From NCBI RefSeq assembly GCF_963921235.1, contig NC_086106.1, positions 24,180,001 through 24,244,000 of the forward strand: a stretch of 64,000 nt of DNA, read 5' to 3'. The DNA comes from Mobula hypostoma. Lineage: Eukaryota. Positions 25,851 to 40,256 of the stretch are shown here, piece after piece. Made by a program: the position numbers and the translations under genes. The stretch's first letter is position 1. Every line of letters starts with the position of its first letter. A model generated the notes under the pieces. That model did not search any database. It was not told the DNA's origin and saw only the letters and a list, made by a program, of their open reading frames with translations.

Positions 25851-26934
25851 GCCGATTGTACAGAGAGAGCCGTAGGATTACTGAACAGAAAAGATGGATG
25901 GTCCACACTTTGGACATGGCAAAGCCTGGAAAACGCAAGTGTCTCTACCAACTACATCTGTAGTAAGTTTATTCAGCAACACAGTATTACAGACTGCGCT
26001 AGGAAGCTGAAGTTAGACTTCGATGATCTCTGGATAATTGTGGATTTTGAGCGGTTGACTAACAAGGAAGGTAGCTGCAATTTACAGGCCGGACAATGGT
26101 AAAGGTGTGACAGTCAACTGACGAAAATGGCTTGGCAGAGAATGCGGTGTACATACATCTGTGACGGTTCCTTCGAGAAATTGTAAATCACTCCAGATAC
26201 TGTTAAAGCATTATCTTCCACAGTAAACGAAATCACAATGGTCACATGTCCCGCATTGAGTCTGACGTAACACATAAAAGAGTAGATTAGAGAAGTTTGG
26301 GAATACTGGAAGTGATAATTTAGGAACGCATCATCGCAGAAATAGATGACCCAATTTGCGAGCGTAAAGATTACACTGGGATCAAGATTAATAACTGGCT
26401 AACTTAGACTCATTTTTACTGTTGTTACCTTTTATATTCTTCCATTGGACACGTAGGGTCAAGGAAACCCTGTGTTTGCGTGCAATTTCCAAACTTCAGC
26501 AGGTTTCCTGCAAGAAGATTTTGTGTAAATTCTCTTGTTAGTAGTTGTGGTGTTCATAACGTCCAGCGCTCTGAGGATTGGAGGCTTGCTGTGAGGCTGG
26601 GTGACATTATTGGGAGTTATTTTGCTTTGTCCCGTCGCACCTCATCACTCCACCAACATCTGAGAGTTTTTGGGATAGTTAGCCGATAGTAGTTCCTCCG
26701 GTGTAGGTGCAGGGCTGAAACTAAGGGAGCTGTTGTAAACCTGGCAGGATCAATGTCGAATAAATGTTAAGTATAAAGATATCCTTGAAGAAGACAGCAA
26801 AACGTGATAACAAATGAACGAGATTGGTTGTCGCTTTTGAATTGAAAATCTCCAATTTCCGAAAACTTGCCGGATTGGGGCCCTTCTGTGACACCAATGA
26901 TTTGGTGTTTTTCGTGAGTTTAGCACATATTAGA

Positions 26935-26938
26935 TTAA

Positions 26939-26973
<35 letters not shown>
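26935..26973. repeat. (AAAT)n microsatellite
   Basis: Direct reading of the repeat. Confidence 0.9.
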
Positions 26974-28558
26974 ACGGCTTACTAATGGTGTAAGAAGTTG
27001 AGGTGCTAATATATGGACACACAGCTAGGCGTATTGTAATAACATGTGCAAGATAACTTGTCTATCACTTTTTGCAATAAATCCAGAGGATTGAGTCTAT
27101 TCTTCCATTTTCGCTAGGTGTTTTTTTCCCCGAATGTTTTGACATGCTGACTCCCTTTCAGACAGCAGGGCATGGTTCGCTCGACCCTATATACTCTCCT
27201 TTGTCCTTTTATTCATCCAGTAGGTGCACAGGCTTTTATTTTCTACAGCCAACTCCACTGTGCTTACATGCTGGATTATTATGGAATGCAATTTTATTTG
27301 ATAGGATTAGATTGAGCTCAATATTTCGGAGGTGTTCGGAAATATGCATGTGTCTCATCGAGTTTTTTTTATATAAATTAAATGCTTACTAATTGCATTG
27401 GGGTGGGGGAGAATTTCTTACATTATTGCAAGTATCCATTATCATCCCTTATTTTAACCTGTGTTTACTTTCTTTAAATTTTCTGAAGAAGGGAACAATT
27501 CCTTTAACATCTTTTGTGGCAAAAACACTGTGGACTGTTCTCATCATCGCGATCAGTGAGTGTAAGAAAGAGTGTGTGATTCACGGTGACAGTAAGTGTA
27601 AACCATTTAACTGAGAATTTTACTTTATTTTTTTCTTGACCTCTCTCCAACGTAATGCTGAGCATAGTTACAGCATATAAATACAATTTCAGGCAGTACT
27701 GGACATATGTCTTCTTCTGCCAACATTCCCAAGAAGGAATCCTGACAAATCTGTGAAACCAAGACTCAGATACGTGTGCTTATCTGCTTCTTCATTCAAA
27801 ACTCGTTAATTTCAATTTATTTGAAACTGTCAACGCATGCGTGTAGATCAATAGAGTATGTGGTCTCCGCTTCAAAGGAAAATAGGGAGGACGTGATCCT
27901 CAGGAACCCTGTGTTCTGGCACACTGGTAAAAATATTGACGTCATATTCTGCCTTCAAATTGGGCATTCTATATTCAATAACTTCATCATGTTGTGATAT
28001 CGCAGCCTAACTCCTCAACGCGTACACGTCCTGCCATAACCTTCGATAAGGTTCCACACTATCAAAAGCATCAACAACGTATGTGCCATATTAAAATGTA
28101 TTCACTATCATCCCACTTAATCGGTTAATATATTTATGAAAAATCGCAAAGGACATAGAGCCCAGGAGAGGGCCCCGTTGCAAATCACTGGTCATCGAAC
28201 TCCAGAATAATACCGTCTATTTCTTTCCACAAACTTCTTCCATGTGTCAGCCCATTCTGAACTATTAAGCCAAGTTTCACTTAATTCCATACATCGTGGT
28301 CTTCTTACTGAGTGTATTTTGAGGAAATTATACAAAAGTATTACTGAAACCCAGATACATTGATTCCACTACTCTGTCTTCATGAACTTGTTCAGCTACG
28401 TACTAAAGAAAACACCATCCCGTGATACACGAACGGTCACTAATCCTATCGGCCGGTTCTACTCCGTGCTCATACTTTGTCTCAGCAAATTACCCACAAG
28501 ATTTTGCCTATCTGAATTAATACTTACTACCCAATGATGCTTAATTTTATCCACATTG

Positions 28559-28978
28559 TGTCACAACCGTAGATTCGGCAACGTAGCAGATTCGGCAACT
28601 GTGCTCGTGAATCTGCATGTGTCAGCTAATTATTAATTCATTGTGATAGCATTTAACTGCATTCAATCCGTCGTAGTACGTGTCCAGACTTGGACGCAAC
28701 AACGCTTTGCTGCCTGCTTGCATTCCACCTTACCTGAGAAATTAAACTGTCGACTCAACTGACTATGAGGACTAGCTGTATTCGTTTAATGTTTAGTTGT
28801 TCTTTCTGGCCGAAGTGTAGGCTTCAGTTTCCATTTGCGTGTTTTAGATAACGGCCCTGTTTACCAAGCGTTAATTGTTTTAATTTCCCATTAACACTGT
28901 TTGCATTAAAGTGTTTGAAAATCGACCCTCTTCAGTGTCCACATCAGCACTTGGGCCACATCCTCACCGGGTGATACA
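28559..28978 (+). mobile_element. Possible solo LTR
   Basis: TGTCAC start and GATACA end, ATTAAA near the 3' end, flanked by decayed CR1 sequence. No TSD recognised. Confidence 0.3.
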
Positions 28979-29399
28979 CTGCCGTGCTTACAGACAAGAA
29001 TAATATTTATCGGTTTTCTGTTGCTATCCCTGTAGTATGCCTGAGTACACAACGAGATTGTCAATACTGCAGCAATGTTTTCTCTCCCTTTCTATACTAA
29101 CTAGCACTACATCCAGTCCGGACAATGGAAATATCATAAATACTTTCAATGCTTACAATAGGCAATCCTTCCGACATGATTCAACATATCAGCCCTTACT
29201 ACTGAGAACATACACTCGTGATGATTCCTATCAGTGCTGACTAATGATGTCACGTATTCATTAAGGAGCTCTCCTGATTTTCGACTCCAGTAGCATGCTT
29301 CCCCCTTTATAGATGTTTGGTTCCACCGTTAATCTGATCATCTTTCTGTATCACTGGTGTATGTTGAACACTTTGGATGTTTCCGTATGTATACCTGCC

Positions 29400-30095
29400 A
29401 TGGAATCAGAATCAGCATCAGAATCAGAATCAGAATTATTATCACCCGCATGTGACATGAAATTTGTTACCTTAGCAGTATCAGTGTAATGCAATATAAA
29501 ATCTAACACACAGAGAGAAACATAATAATAAACGAAATAAAAAATAATAATAAACAAACAATAAATAATTTACATATATTGAAGAGATTTTTTTTAAGTT
29601 GTGTAAAACCAAAACAAAAAATACGGTAAATTAAAAATAATGATTTAGTGTCCAAAAGGTTGAATGTACATAGTGGAATCGGACGGCATAGAGGAAGACG
29701 CTGTTCCTGAATGGGTGAGTGTGTGCTTTCAGGCTTCTTTGTATCCTACCTGATGGAAACAGTGAGAAAAGACATTCTGGGTGCTGAAGGTCTTTAGTAA
29801 AGGTCGCTGCCTTTCTGAGACACCGCTCCCTGCAGATATCCTGGAGACTTTAGAGGCTAGTGACCAGAATGGAGCTGACTAGGTTTGCAACCTTATGCAG
29901 TTTCTTTCGGTTCTGTGCAGTAGCCCCTCCATACCAAATAGTGATTCAGCCTCTCAGAATGCTCTCAACGTAACAACTGTAGAGGTTTTTGTGTGGTTTT
30001 GTTGACATGCCATATCTCTTCGAACTCCTAATAAAGTATAGCCGTTGTTCTGCCTTCTTTATGACTACATCAATATGTTGACCGCAGATTACATC
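29400..30095 (-). mobile_element. Rex1/Babar-like LINE 3' fragment
   Basis: Same tail (gaatcagaatcagcatcagaatcagaatcagaat) and colinear sequence as 24830-25500. Confidence 0.75.
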
Positions 30096-30099
30096 CTCA

Positions 30100-31080
30100 T
30101 GGATTTGAACTGTTCCTTTTGAGTTTCCTTCAGCAATTCCGATCCTACGTCCTGGCTAGGTCTCTGGTCACTCCCGAATTGATCCCCCCAAAGTGACACT
30201 AACCTGACCGTTTAGCTTACCCAACTGCATATCCAGTATTATCTTTACTGTAGCCCACACAGCTAAATAGTTTCGTCCGATCTCAACCTTTTGCACGAAA
30301 AAAGGTCCGGCAACGTTAGGGAAGTTGAACTCAAATATGGAAATGACAATGTTTTGCCCACAGCTTTGAAAAATACGTTTCACGGTCTGCACCTCAGTAT
30401 GTCTGTTGCTACCGGGGTGAGGGTGCCTGAAGAATATTTCCTCATAGAGTAATTCCTCCTTACTGTTTCGGAATCTTACACACACTGACTCAGTACATGA
30501 CGCCTGCATGACATTCTCCCCTTCTTCAACCGTGGTAATATCCCTGATTAGCAATGTTACTCTTCCACCTCTTTTACCTACTTCACTGTTACTTTTGACT
30601 CCTATAAACGGAAGCAAATAACTGTATCACTCTGACGGTGAAGTATCTGCAATGGCTACAACGTCATAGTTGCATGTACAGGCCCTATTAGAAATTCAAT
30701 GTTTCTTTTCCTGATGCTCCCAGCAGTAAATTCACAAATTCCAAACCACACAGGTAAATACAAGTTTAGCCCTTGCTACGGCCTTCATTGATCACAGGGT
30801 CTGCACTGGCTATATCAACTTTTACCCCAAATGTTCCATACACTCTGTTTCCCATCTTTCTGCCAAAGTGTTTAAACCGACCGGCAATAGCTTCTTGATA
30901 ACTGCGGCAAAGGTATTAGTTCCTCAAGGAGTTCAGATGCAATAGTCGACTTATGTACAAGGTCACACCTTCCCAGAAAAGTTATCAGTGTACGACAAAT
31001 TTTAGATCTCGCTCCTACACCAATTCTACCGTACCCATTCCTCCACCAAATCATTGTCTTCTTCTCCTTACAGGCGCGTC
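30100..31080 (-). mobile_element. Decayed CR1 fragment (endonuclease and ORF1 end)
   Basis: ORF 30168-30617 reads GKRGGRVTLLIRD...TESVCVRFRNSKE...FEFNFPNV. Confidence 0.7.
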
Positions 31081-31083
31081 ATG

Positions 31084-33313
31084 TGTCACATGATCCGGCA
31101 GCAATGAATTATCTATTGAGGCAGGTTTTATAAAATAACAAACTAAAATTTATTAAACTCTGCTCAACAAATAGCGAAAAGTATTAAAACGACAAATACC
31201 GGAAGTTAACTGCGAAAGGCAACTCTGGAACAGTTCTGAAAAGGATAATGGGATAACAGTTATTACAGTAGTAAATTCGAACCCAGTATTGAAATGCTAA
31301 ATTCGAAAAATCCAAATGTTTTACACAGTCAATAAGGAGAGACTTTTCGGAAACGGGTTTCTTCGAGCACGTTACGTAACTGCTGATTCTCTAAAGGCCT
31401 CATAACGAAGGAAATAAAACGGCTTAAATGATCTGACCTTTTCCTGGCGAGTGAACACTGCACAACTTCCCCGATCTTGCAGGATTATCTCAGAGACAGG
31501 TACTATATTATGAACGAATCCTTAATAAGGTAGATCCTTTATAAAGCCGCCGAGCGACTACAACTTTATTCCGATCGTTCAGGCTCCCGTCCTTTAATAA
31601 AGTCCTCACTCTACAATGCTGCTGAAACGGGGGAAATTATAGATGCAACACACAAACATGACAGAAATTGGCGAAACTGCCAGCAACAATCTTTGCAGCT
31701 TTAAATAGAAAGGAAAACTCCGTTTTAAAATGAAGCTGAGTCATGACAAATATGCAGCATAATTGAGCAACTGACGAACTAACACATAACTGTCATAAGG
31801 TGGTGGCTGGAAACACACCCAAGTGCAAGACACAGACACGCAAGTACAAGGGACAGAACTAGGATACAGGGCGATGGCAAGGACATGGACAGGAAAACCA
31901 GGAACCTGGAACAGGACTGGACAAGACAGCTAGGAGCCCTTGCTACGAGCCCGGGCGTGGACTCCGAACCAGAGACTGGACAAAGACCCAGTACCTAGTT
32001 CTTGCCTCTGGCTCGGACCCCAGAACCAGGCAGGGACGAGGCTTGGCTGACAGGAACGACGCGGCTGGAGTCTTAGTGACTTGAAGCGAGACTTGTCAGG
32101 AGGCAAAAAACTTGAAGCGAGGCTTGGCAGGAGGCAAGAGACTTGAATAGAGGCTTGGCAAGAGGCAGGAAACTTGAGGCGAGGCTTGGTAGGAGGCTAA
32201 TGACTTGAGGCGAGGCTTGGCAGGAGGCTGGAGACTTGAGGCGAAGCTTGGCAGGAGGCTTGAGACTTGAGGCGAGGCTTGGCAGGAGGCCAGAGATTAG
32301 AGGCGAGGCTTGGCAGGAGGCTAGAGATCAGAGGCGAGGCTTGGCAGGACTCTAAAGACTTGAGGCGAGGCTTGGCAGGATGCTGGAGGCAGGAGACTTG
32401 AGGCGAGGCGAGGCTGGAGGCTGGAGGCAACAGACTTGAGGTGAGGCTAAAGGCTGCAGTCTTCAGCCTTGAGGCTAAGAAGGAGGCTGCAGTCCTCAGG
32501 CTTGAGGCCAGGCAGGAGGCGGGAGTCTTCAGGCTTGAGGCCAGGCAGGAGGCTGGAGTCTTCAGGCTTGAGGCTAGGCAGGCTCCTCCGGGGCAGGACG
32601 CGGTACTCCTGGGCAGGGCGCGGATCACCTGGGCAGGGCCCGGTACTCCTGGGCAGGACGCTGTTCACCACCCGACGGAGGTAAGAGACAGGAAGGTACA
32701 GAACCAACCGCAGGTAACGGCGAGACAGCCTGGCTTACCCGACGGAGGCACGAGACAGGAAGGGAGCTATGTACAGGGTGGCCCCAAGACAAGACTGCAG
32801 GCGACACGAGGCGAGAGTGACGAGCAGGACAAGGGAAGACTTCACGCAGTGCAAGACGAGACGAGAACTTCAGTTGAGGCGAGAGTTACCAACAAGACAA
32901 GGCAGGGCTTCAGGCGAGGAAACAAAAGGCAGAGGCAGGGATACAAGGGAAAAGGACAAGAACAATCCAGCAACCACACCGTGGTCTCTGGAGGTATTTA
33001 TGCAACCAGCCCCAATGAACATCAGCTGCTTCAATTAGAGCAAAACAAGAACAGAAACAGGGTAAACAGGAAAACCTGGAGCAAGAGTCAATGGACCGGA
33101 CCGTGAACCGGAATACAGACATCACGGACTGGAACATGACAATAACTAAATTGAAAACAACTAACTGCGTCACACTATGGTCTCCTTTATACCTGTTCAG
33201 AACAGGTCGTCAGTTGACCTAACACTGGCAGGAACATTACATCGTACGACCTCCGAATACCATTACACATTTCTCATAAGACAGTCACAAAGACATCCAC
33301 GGGGTATGTAACA
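31084..33313. mobile_element. Solo LTR, family A copy 1 (about 0.9 kb), interrupted by a family B LTR
   Basis: TGTCAC...GTAACA termini, flanked by CATG/CAAG (4-bp TSD, one mismatch). Colinear with 34149-35036. Confidence 0.7.
31791..33141 (-). mobile_element. Solo LTR, family B copy 1, with an internal tandem array
   Basis: TGTCAT...ATGACA termini and a perfect 5-bp TSD ATAAC (31786-31790, 33142-33146). Tandem units gacttgaggcgaggcttggcaggaggc at about 32080-32620. Confidence 0.8.
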
Positions 33314-34148
33314 CAAGCAACAGTTAAATCTTTGAATCATGTTTTTCAGCTTCCTACCCACAGCACTCTATTTTGTCTCCAGGATCCTGTTCATTATCCT
33401 ACCTATATCTCTGATGTCATTATGTATCAGAGTTTCTACCTGCGTACTGTGCCTCTCAACAAACAAATGCTACCATAATATTTGCTGTGATGTGATATTT
33501 TCGGACTGCAATCCATTCTGCTCCTCTCTAGGTATTTTGTGCTTACCTGAATGAACAGTGGTTAGTTGTGAAATGATTGACGTTACAATTTATTTACAGT
33601 TAGCAAACAAATTATAGTGCGATATTTTGATTGGTTGTTTGTTATTCTCCCTATCAGTGAGAGATATGTTTTCGCTTCTGTGAAAATTTCGGCATTATTT
33701 CTGTTTTTTTTTAAAGAAAATTGTTGATATGTATTAACATCATGTCTCTGCTGTATTCGACTCATTGATTGTTGAGTGTTACTTGCACACTTTATGTGCT
33801 GGTCTATTAAAGCAATACTGTGGTGAAGGATGCTTGAATGTTGCTTCTGTCTGTGTTCGGGATATAGGCATTGTAGGTGACCCAGCATTAATTATCCATT
33901 CAGATATTTTCTGGAGGTGGAAGAGAGCGGTGTTTTTGGACTATAGCAACTATTCCGGTAAAGATACCTATCATGTTGGCCAGGGCATTATGGTTGATTT
34001 ATTATCCTTCTCAACACCGTTCCCTGCCTTCTCCAGGATATATTTGATATCCATAGTATTACAGAAGTAATAAATATCACATATATCCAATAAGTTGGCT
34101 TCAACAACCGGCTGAGGCAATGAATCTCATAGTTTCACGACTATCGAC

Positions 34149-35036
34149 TGTCACATGACCAGCATTAATGAATATATAATTGAGTCATGTTTTATAAACA
34201 AACATAAACATTTATTAAACTCTGCTGAACAATAGCGAAACGAATTCAAACGACTAACTAGCCGGAAGTTAACTGCTATAGGGCACCTCTGGAGCAGTTC
34301 TTAAAGTGGTAATTTCGAACATACTTCTTAAAGTGGTAAATTCAAACACAGTCTTAAAATGGTAAAATCGAAAGTCCAAGTGATTTACACAGTCAATAAG
34401 GAGTGACTTCTCTGGAAACTGATTTCTTCGAAGTCGTGACGTTACTGCTGATTCTCCAAAGTATTCACGACGAAGGAAATAAAATGGCTTAAAGGAACTA
34501 ACTTTTTCCTTGCAAATGAACACTGATACAAATCTTTCAGATCTTACCGGGCTTATCTCAGATGCAGGTCACTATTTCTGAACGAAGATTCAATAAGGGC
34601 GATCCTTCATGAAACCGCCGAACGACACCAACTTTACTCAATCATTCATGTTCCCGTACTTTAATTACGTTTTCTCTCTCCAACACTGGACTGTAAAGGT
34701 AAATCAAGGAAAACCCCCCAAAAAACTGGCAGTGATTGGTGAAATTGTCGGTACAACGATTTTGCCTTACAATAGAAGCTAAAACTCCACTTTAAAATGA
34801 AACTGCGTTATGAGATGAATACGCAGCATAACAGCGTAACTGACAAAGTAACGAAATTAACTGCGTCACAACAGGGGTTTCTCTTTATATACATGTTGGG
34901 AACTTGCATCACATGACCTCACACTGGCGGGAAAATCACATCACCCACCATTACAAGACCATTACATCATGCTCATAAGATACTCAATTACATCTGGTAG
35001 TAATTCAATCAGAAGATATCCACGAGGCATGTAATA
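34149..35036. mobile_element. Solo LTR, family A copy 2
   Basis: TGTCAC...GTAATA termini, flanked by CGAC/CTAC (4-bp TSD, one mismatch). Aligns along its length with copy 1. Confidence 0.7.
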
Positions 35037-35664
35037 CTACATTAATGGTTTTTCATCTCGGTTTAAAAATGACTTTCCTGTATTCCAATAAAATGCCTTT
35101 TAGTCCTCAAAGAAAGTCGCTGGTATCGGATATATCATCTTTCCGACCATTATTTCTTTGTAATGTCGATGCGCAATAGGTTCAATGAGATCAATCTTGA
35201 CATTATTGGGTTAAATGCCCAGATCAGTAAAACGTGCTTCAGATATTAACCTTTTCATTCCCGAGGATATTCGACTGATGGGCTTCTGGAGGTTTACAAT
35301 TTCCAGCATATTCTTACCAAGATTAAGGTGTAAACTTGCTTACAATATTGTAAGTGCAGTTCGGCAAATCCCAACCGTGCTAGTTTTCGCCTTGTTTCCG
35401 CGGAACACCAACATAGCATTTCCCTGCCCTATATACCAACACAGCCTTCATGATAACATTTATTTTGTTTTTGAATTTGATCCCCAGTTATTAAATACTC
35501 TGCGCCCATAGCTCATCTACCGATATGCCCGACGAACCACGCACCTACACTGTCTTTTTATTATATTCCACTGCCTATTTCCTAATTTGTTTTTTTTTTT
35601 GTGTTTTTTTTTGCTAGTTCTTGCATCCAGAGCAGTCTTTGTGTAGTTCGGTACTTCCGTGATA

Positions 35665-38600
35665 AGACCATAAGACAAAGAAGCAGAAGTCGGCCATTCG
35701 TCCCATCGAGCCTGCTCCACCATTTTAATCATGAGCTGATCCATTCTCCCATTTAGTCCCACTCCCCTGCCTTCTCACCATAAACTTTGATGCCCTGGCT
35801 GCTCAGATACCTATTAATCTCTGCTTTAAATACACCCAATGACCTGGCCTCCACTGCTGCCCGTGGCAACAAGTTCCAAAGATTCATCACCCTCTGACTA
35901 AAAAATAAAAATCTTCGCATTTCCGTTCTGAATGGGCGCCCTTCAATCCTTAAGTCAGGCTGTCTCGTGCAGACTCCCCCATCATAGGAAATAACTTTGC
36001 TACATCCACTCTGTCCATGCCTTTCAACATTTGAAATGTTTCTATGAGGTCTTCCCGCATTCTTCTAAACTCCAAGGAATACAGTCCAAGAGCAGACAAA
36101 CGTTCCTCATATGTTAACCCTCTCATTCCCGGAATCATTCTTGTGAATCTTCTCTGTACCCTCTCCAACGTCAGCACATCCTTTCTTAAATAAGGAGACC
36201 AAAACTGCCCACAGTACTCCAAGTGAGGTCTCACCAGCGCTTTAAAGAACCTCAACATCACATCCCTGCTCCTCTACTCTATTCCTCTAGAAATGATTGC
36301 CAACATTGCATTCGCCTTCTTCACCATCGGCTCAACCTGAAGGTTAACCTTAAGGGTAACCTGTACAGAACTCCCAAGTCCCGTTGCATCTCAGAACTTT
36401 AAATTCCTGCCCAATTTAAGTAATAGTCTGCCCATTTATTTCTTCTGCCAAAGTGCATATCCATACACTTTCCAACATTGTATTTCATTTTCCACTTCTC
36501 TGCCCATTCTTCCAATCTATTGAAGTCTCTCTGCAGACTCTCCGTTTCCTCAGCACTACCGGCCCCTCCACCTATATTCGTACTGTCAGCAAACTTAGCC
36601 ACAAAGCGTTCTATTCCATAATCCAAATTGTTGATGTACAATATAAAAAGAGGCGGCCCCAACACGGACCCCTGTGGAACACCAATGATAACCGGCAGCC
36701 AACCAGAATAGGATCCCTTTATTCTCACTCTCTGTTTCCTGCCAATCAGCCAACGCTCTATTCACGTATGTAACTTTCCCATAATTCCGTGGGCTCTTAT
36801 CTTGTTAAGTAGCTTCATGTGTGGCACCTTGTCAAAGGCCTTCTGAAAATTCAAATATACAACATCCACTGCATCTCCCTTGTCTAGCCTACTGGTAATT
36901 TCCTCAAAACATTGTAATAGGTTTGTCAGGCAGGATTTTCCTTGAACGAATCCATGCTGAGTTCTGCCTTTCTTTTCATAGGCCTCCAGGTACTCTGTAA
37001 CCTCATCCTTGTCAATCGACTCCAACAACTTCCCAACCACCGATGTCAACCTAACAAGTCTGTAATTTCCTTTTTGCTTCCTTGTCCTCTTCTTAAACAA
37101 CAAAGTGCCATTTGCAATCTTCCAGTCCTCCGGAACCATGCCGGAATCTATCAGCTTTTGAAAGACCATCGTTAATGGCCCCGCAATCTCCACAGCTACT
37201 TCCTTCAGAACACGCGGGTGCATTCTATCTGCTCCGGGAGATTTATCTACCTTTAGTCTATTCAGCTTCCTGAGTACTTTCGCTGTCGTAATTGTGACTG
37301 CGCACACTTCTCTTCCCTGCCACCCTTGAGCGTCCGGTATACTGCTGATCTTTTCCTCAGTGAAGACTGATGCGAAATACTGGTTCAGTTCCTCTGCCAG
37401 CTCCTTATCTCCCATTGCAATTTCTCCAGCATTAGTTTCTATCGGTCCTATATCGACTCTCATCTGTCGTTTATCTTTATATACTTGAAAAAGCTTTTAG
37501 TATCCGCTTTGATATGATTTGCTAGCTTCGTATCAGAGTTACTCTTTTCCCTCTTAATGACCTCCTTCGTTTCCATTTGTAAGCTTTTAAAAACATCCCA
37601 ATCCTCTGTCTTCCCATTATTTTTTGCTTCCTTGTATGCACTCTCCTTTGTTTTAACTTTGGCTTTGACTTCTCTTGTCAACCGCGGTTGCATCCTTTTT
37701 CCATTCCAAAATGTCTTCTTTTTTTTTGGAATATACCTCGCTTGCACCTTCCTCACTCCTCGCATAAACTCTAGCCACTGCTGCTCTGCCGTCCTTTCCG
37801 CCAGTGTCCCTTTCCAGTCAACCTTGGGCAGTTCCTCTCTCATGCCATTGTAATTTCTTTTACTCCACTGAAATACCGACAAATCAGTTTTCGGCTTCTC
37901 TTATTCAAATTTCACAGTGAAGTCAATCATGTTATGATAACTGCCTCCAAAGGGTTCCTTCACCTCAATCTCTGTAATCACCTCCGGTTCATTACACAAT
38001 ATCCAATCCAATACAGCCGATCCCGTAGTGGGCTTAACAGCAAGCTCTTCTAAAAGCCAACTGGCAGGCATTCTACAAATTCTCTCTCTTGAGATCCGGT
38101 GTCGACCTGATTTTCCCAATCCACTCGCATGTTAAAATCTCCCACAATTATCATAACACTGCCCCTCTGACAAGCCTTTTCTATTTCCTGTTGTAATGTG
38201 TAGTCCACATCACTGCAGCTGTTTGGGGGCCTATAAATAACTACCCTCACTGTCCTTTTACCCCTGCGATTTCTTAGCTTAACCCATAAAAATTCTGCAT
38301 CTTCTGATCCTATATCACCTCTTTCTAATGATTTAATATCATTTCTTACCAATAAAGCCACGCCTCCCCCTCTGACTACCCGATATGCCGTGTATCCTTG
38401 GACGTTCAGATCGCGGAAACATGCATCCTTTAGCCACGACTCAGTGATGGCCACAATGTCATATCTGCCAATCTGTAGCTGTACGACAAGAGCATCCACC
38501 TTATTCCTTAAGCTGCGTGCATTTAAGTATAACACCTTAGGACCAGTATTTGGTACTTTTTGCTTTGATTTCAATGCAACTTTATTGCACTGCAATGGCT

Positions 38601-39010
38601 ACAAATTTGCCCCATCACCTGCCTGTCTTTCCTGACGTCTTTACTGCTCTCCAGCTTAGATTTAGTTTTGTTTTCCCCTTCCTCCTCTCTGTCATTCAGG
38701 TTTCCACCCCTATGTCAAATTAGTTTAAACCCTCCCTAACAGCTCTAATAAACTTCCCCGCCAGGATATTGGTCCCATTCTGCTTCCGGTGTAACCTGCC
38801 CTTTTTGAACAGGTCATACTTCCCCCAGAAGAGATCCCAAGTATCCAAGAATCTGAAGCCCTGCCCCCTGCCCCAGCCTCTCAGCCACGAATTTATCTGC
38901 CAGATCCTACTATTCTTGCCCTCGCTAGCACGTGGCACATGTAGCATCCCGAGATTACTACCCTGGAGGTCCTGATTCCCAGCTTCCTTCGTAACTCCTG
39001 GAAATCACTC
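35665..39010 (-). mobile_element. CR1 LINE: near-complete ORF2 plus ORF1 esterase C-terminus, decayed
   Basis: Endonuclease (KVLYLNARSLRNK...AITESWL...VIYRPPN...GDFN), RT (YLNFQKAFDKVPH, GVPQGSVLGP, KFADSTN) and SGNH-like ORF1 end (GFRFLDTWDLFWG..DLFKKGRLH). Tail repeat at about 35663-35680. Confidence 0.93.
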
Positions 39011-39923
39011 TTCAGGATCTCTTCCTTATCGGGAGCATTGAAATACAACATGTTTATGGGGAATATTGGCATACAACGATCAAAAAATAAATAAATAAAA
39101 TGAAACGTCGGTGGCAACACCGACGCTTATGAAACACCGGTAGTCCTACGCAGCCACCCAGAAAACGTAGCTTGTATTCCACCTTTCTACTCCTGCATTC
39201 AGCAGGTCTACTAGCCATGCTAATATCCTCACTTTAATTTCCTAGATTCTTATTTTCATTTGCTACCCTATGTGCAGCACCATGTCGAAGACAATTTTGT
39301 ATTCTTTTTCCATTTTATTTCTGTGCCCCTCTATACTGACGTATATTATAATAATTTAATTTGAGATATAATTTATTTTCGGCACCGGCATGTCAATTGT
39401 GGCAAGAAGAGAACATAGTCCAGTAAATACTTTATTCTATCATTGTGTCAAACTGCAAAGGGTGTAGGTTTAAGTTGTAAGGATTGATCATACGAAACGT
39501 AGAAATTATTTCATTAAAACAAAAACGCGAAGGTGTTGACATATGCAACCTGCTTACAAATAGGGTGATGTAAACACATGCAATTACTGTATTTCAGATG
39601 CATACGTTGGCGAAGGAAAGTGGGTCTATATATACAGTAGAAAGCCGACGTTCCGAGAGATACGGTCGGTGGAAATTCGGTTTTCTTTGCTGAAATACCA
39701 ATTGGCTGAATGGCAAGTGACGCTTTATCGCCATCTTGCTTCAGTAGCATAAACGGGAAGCAGACGTGAAAGCAGAATGAAATAGATATTTAGGAAGCTG
39801 TATGTTCTCTACGTCTCCTTAACCTATTCGCAAATGTTCAGTTTCTCATTGAGAGAATACACCTCCTATGTTTAGACTGAACAGAATCGGATCATAACAA
39901 CTGATTTTTTCGAAGAGACTCTA

Positions 39924-39938
39924 CAATGTCACTTCCGA
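39924..39938 (+). promoter_or_regulatory. Conserved CRE-decamer-like/ETS motif upstream of the pseudo-V
   Basis: caatgtcacttccga, matching motifs at about -315 of V2 and V3. Confidence 0.35.
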
Positions 39939-40256
39939 TTCTTCCATCTTTGTCTGAGTGGCTTACATGTAGATCATTTTTTTTTTCAAAGTAGTAGTAA
40001 TATACGTCAGGTCTCGTCTTATCTGCCAGTAATGAAATGATCGGTTGCGCTGAGGAATAAAGAAGTAGTTAGGGATGGGACCAATTAAGGAAAAGTGTTG
40101 GTTTAAGAAGTGCTGGAGAAGCCACGAGTTTTCTACTTAATGAACAATAATATAACGAGCGGAAAGAGAGACATCACACTCCTTGCGTATGTTGAATTAA
40201 CGCTTACTTATCAAAAAGATTATTTCGCTTGAAATTCAAAGTCAGTCGATAGCAGC

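Noticed and set aside
27690-27800. Minus-strand FLLGNV...ED...YC-like text
   Set aside because: Needs two frameshifts, has the wrong D-to-C spacing and no RSS.
32080-32620. Regular repeat array resembling CRISPR
   Set aside because: The units are contiguous degenerate tandem repeats without unique spacers, inside an LTR in vertebrate DNA.
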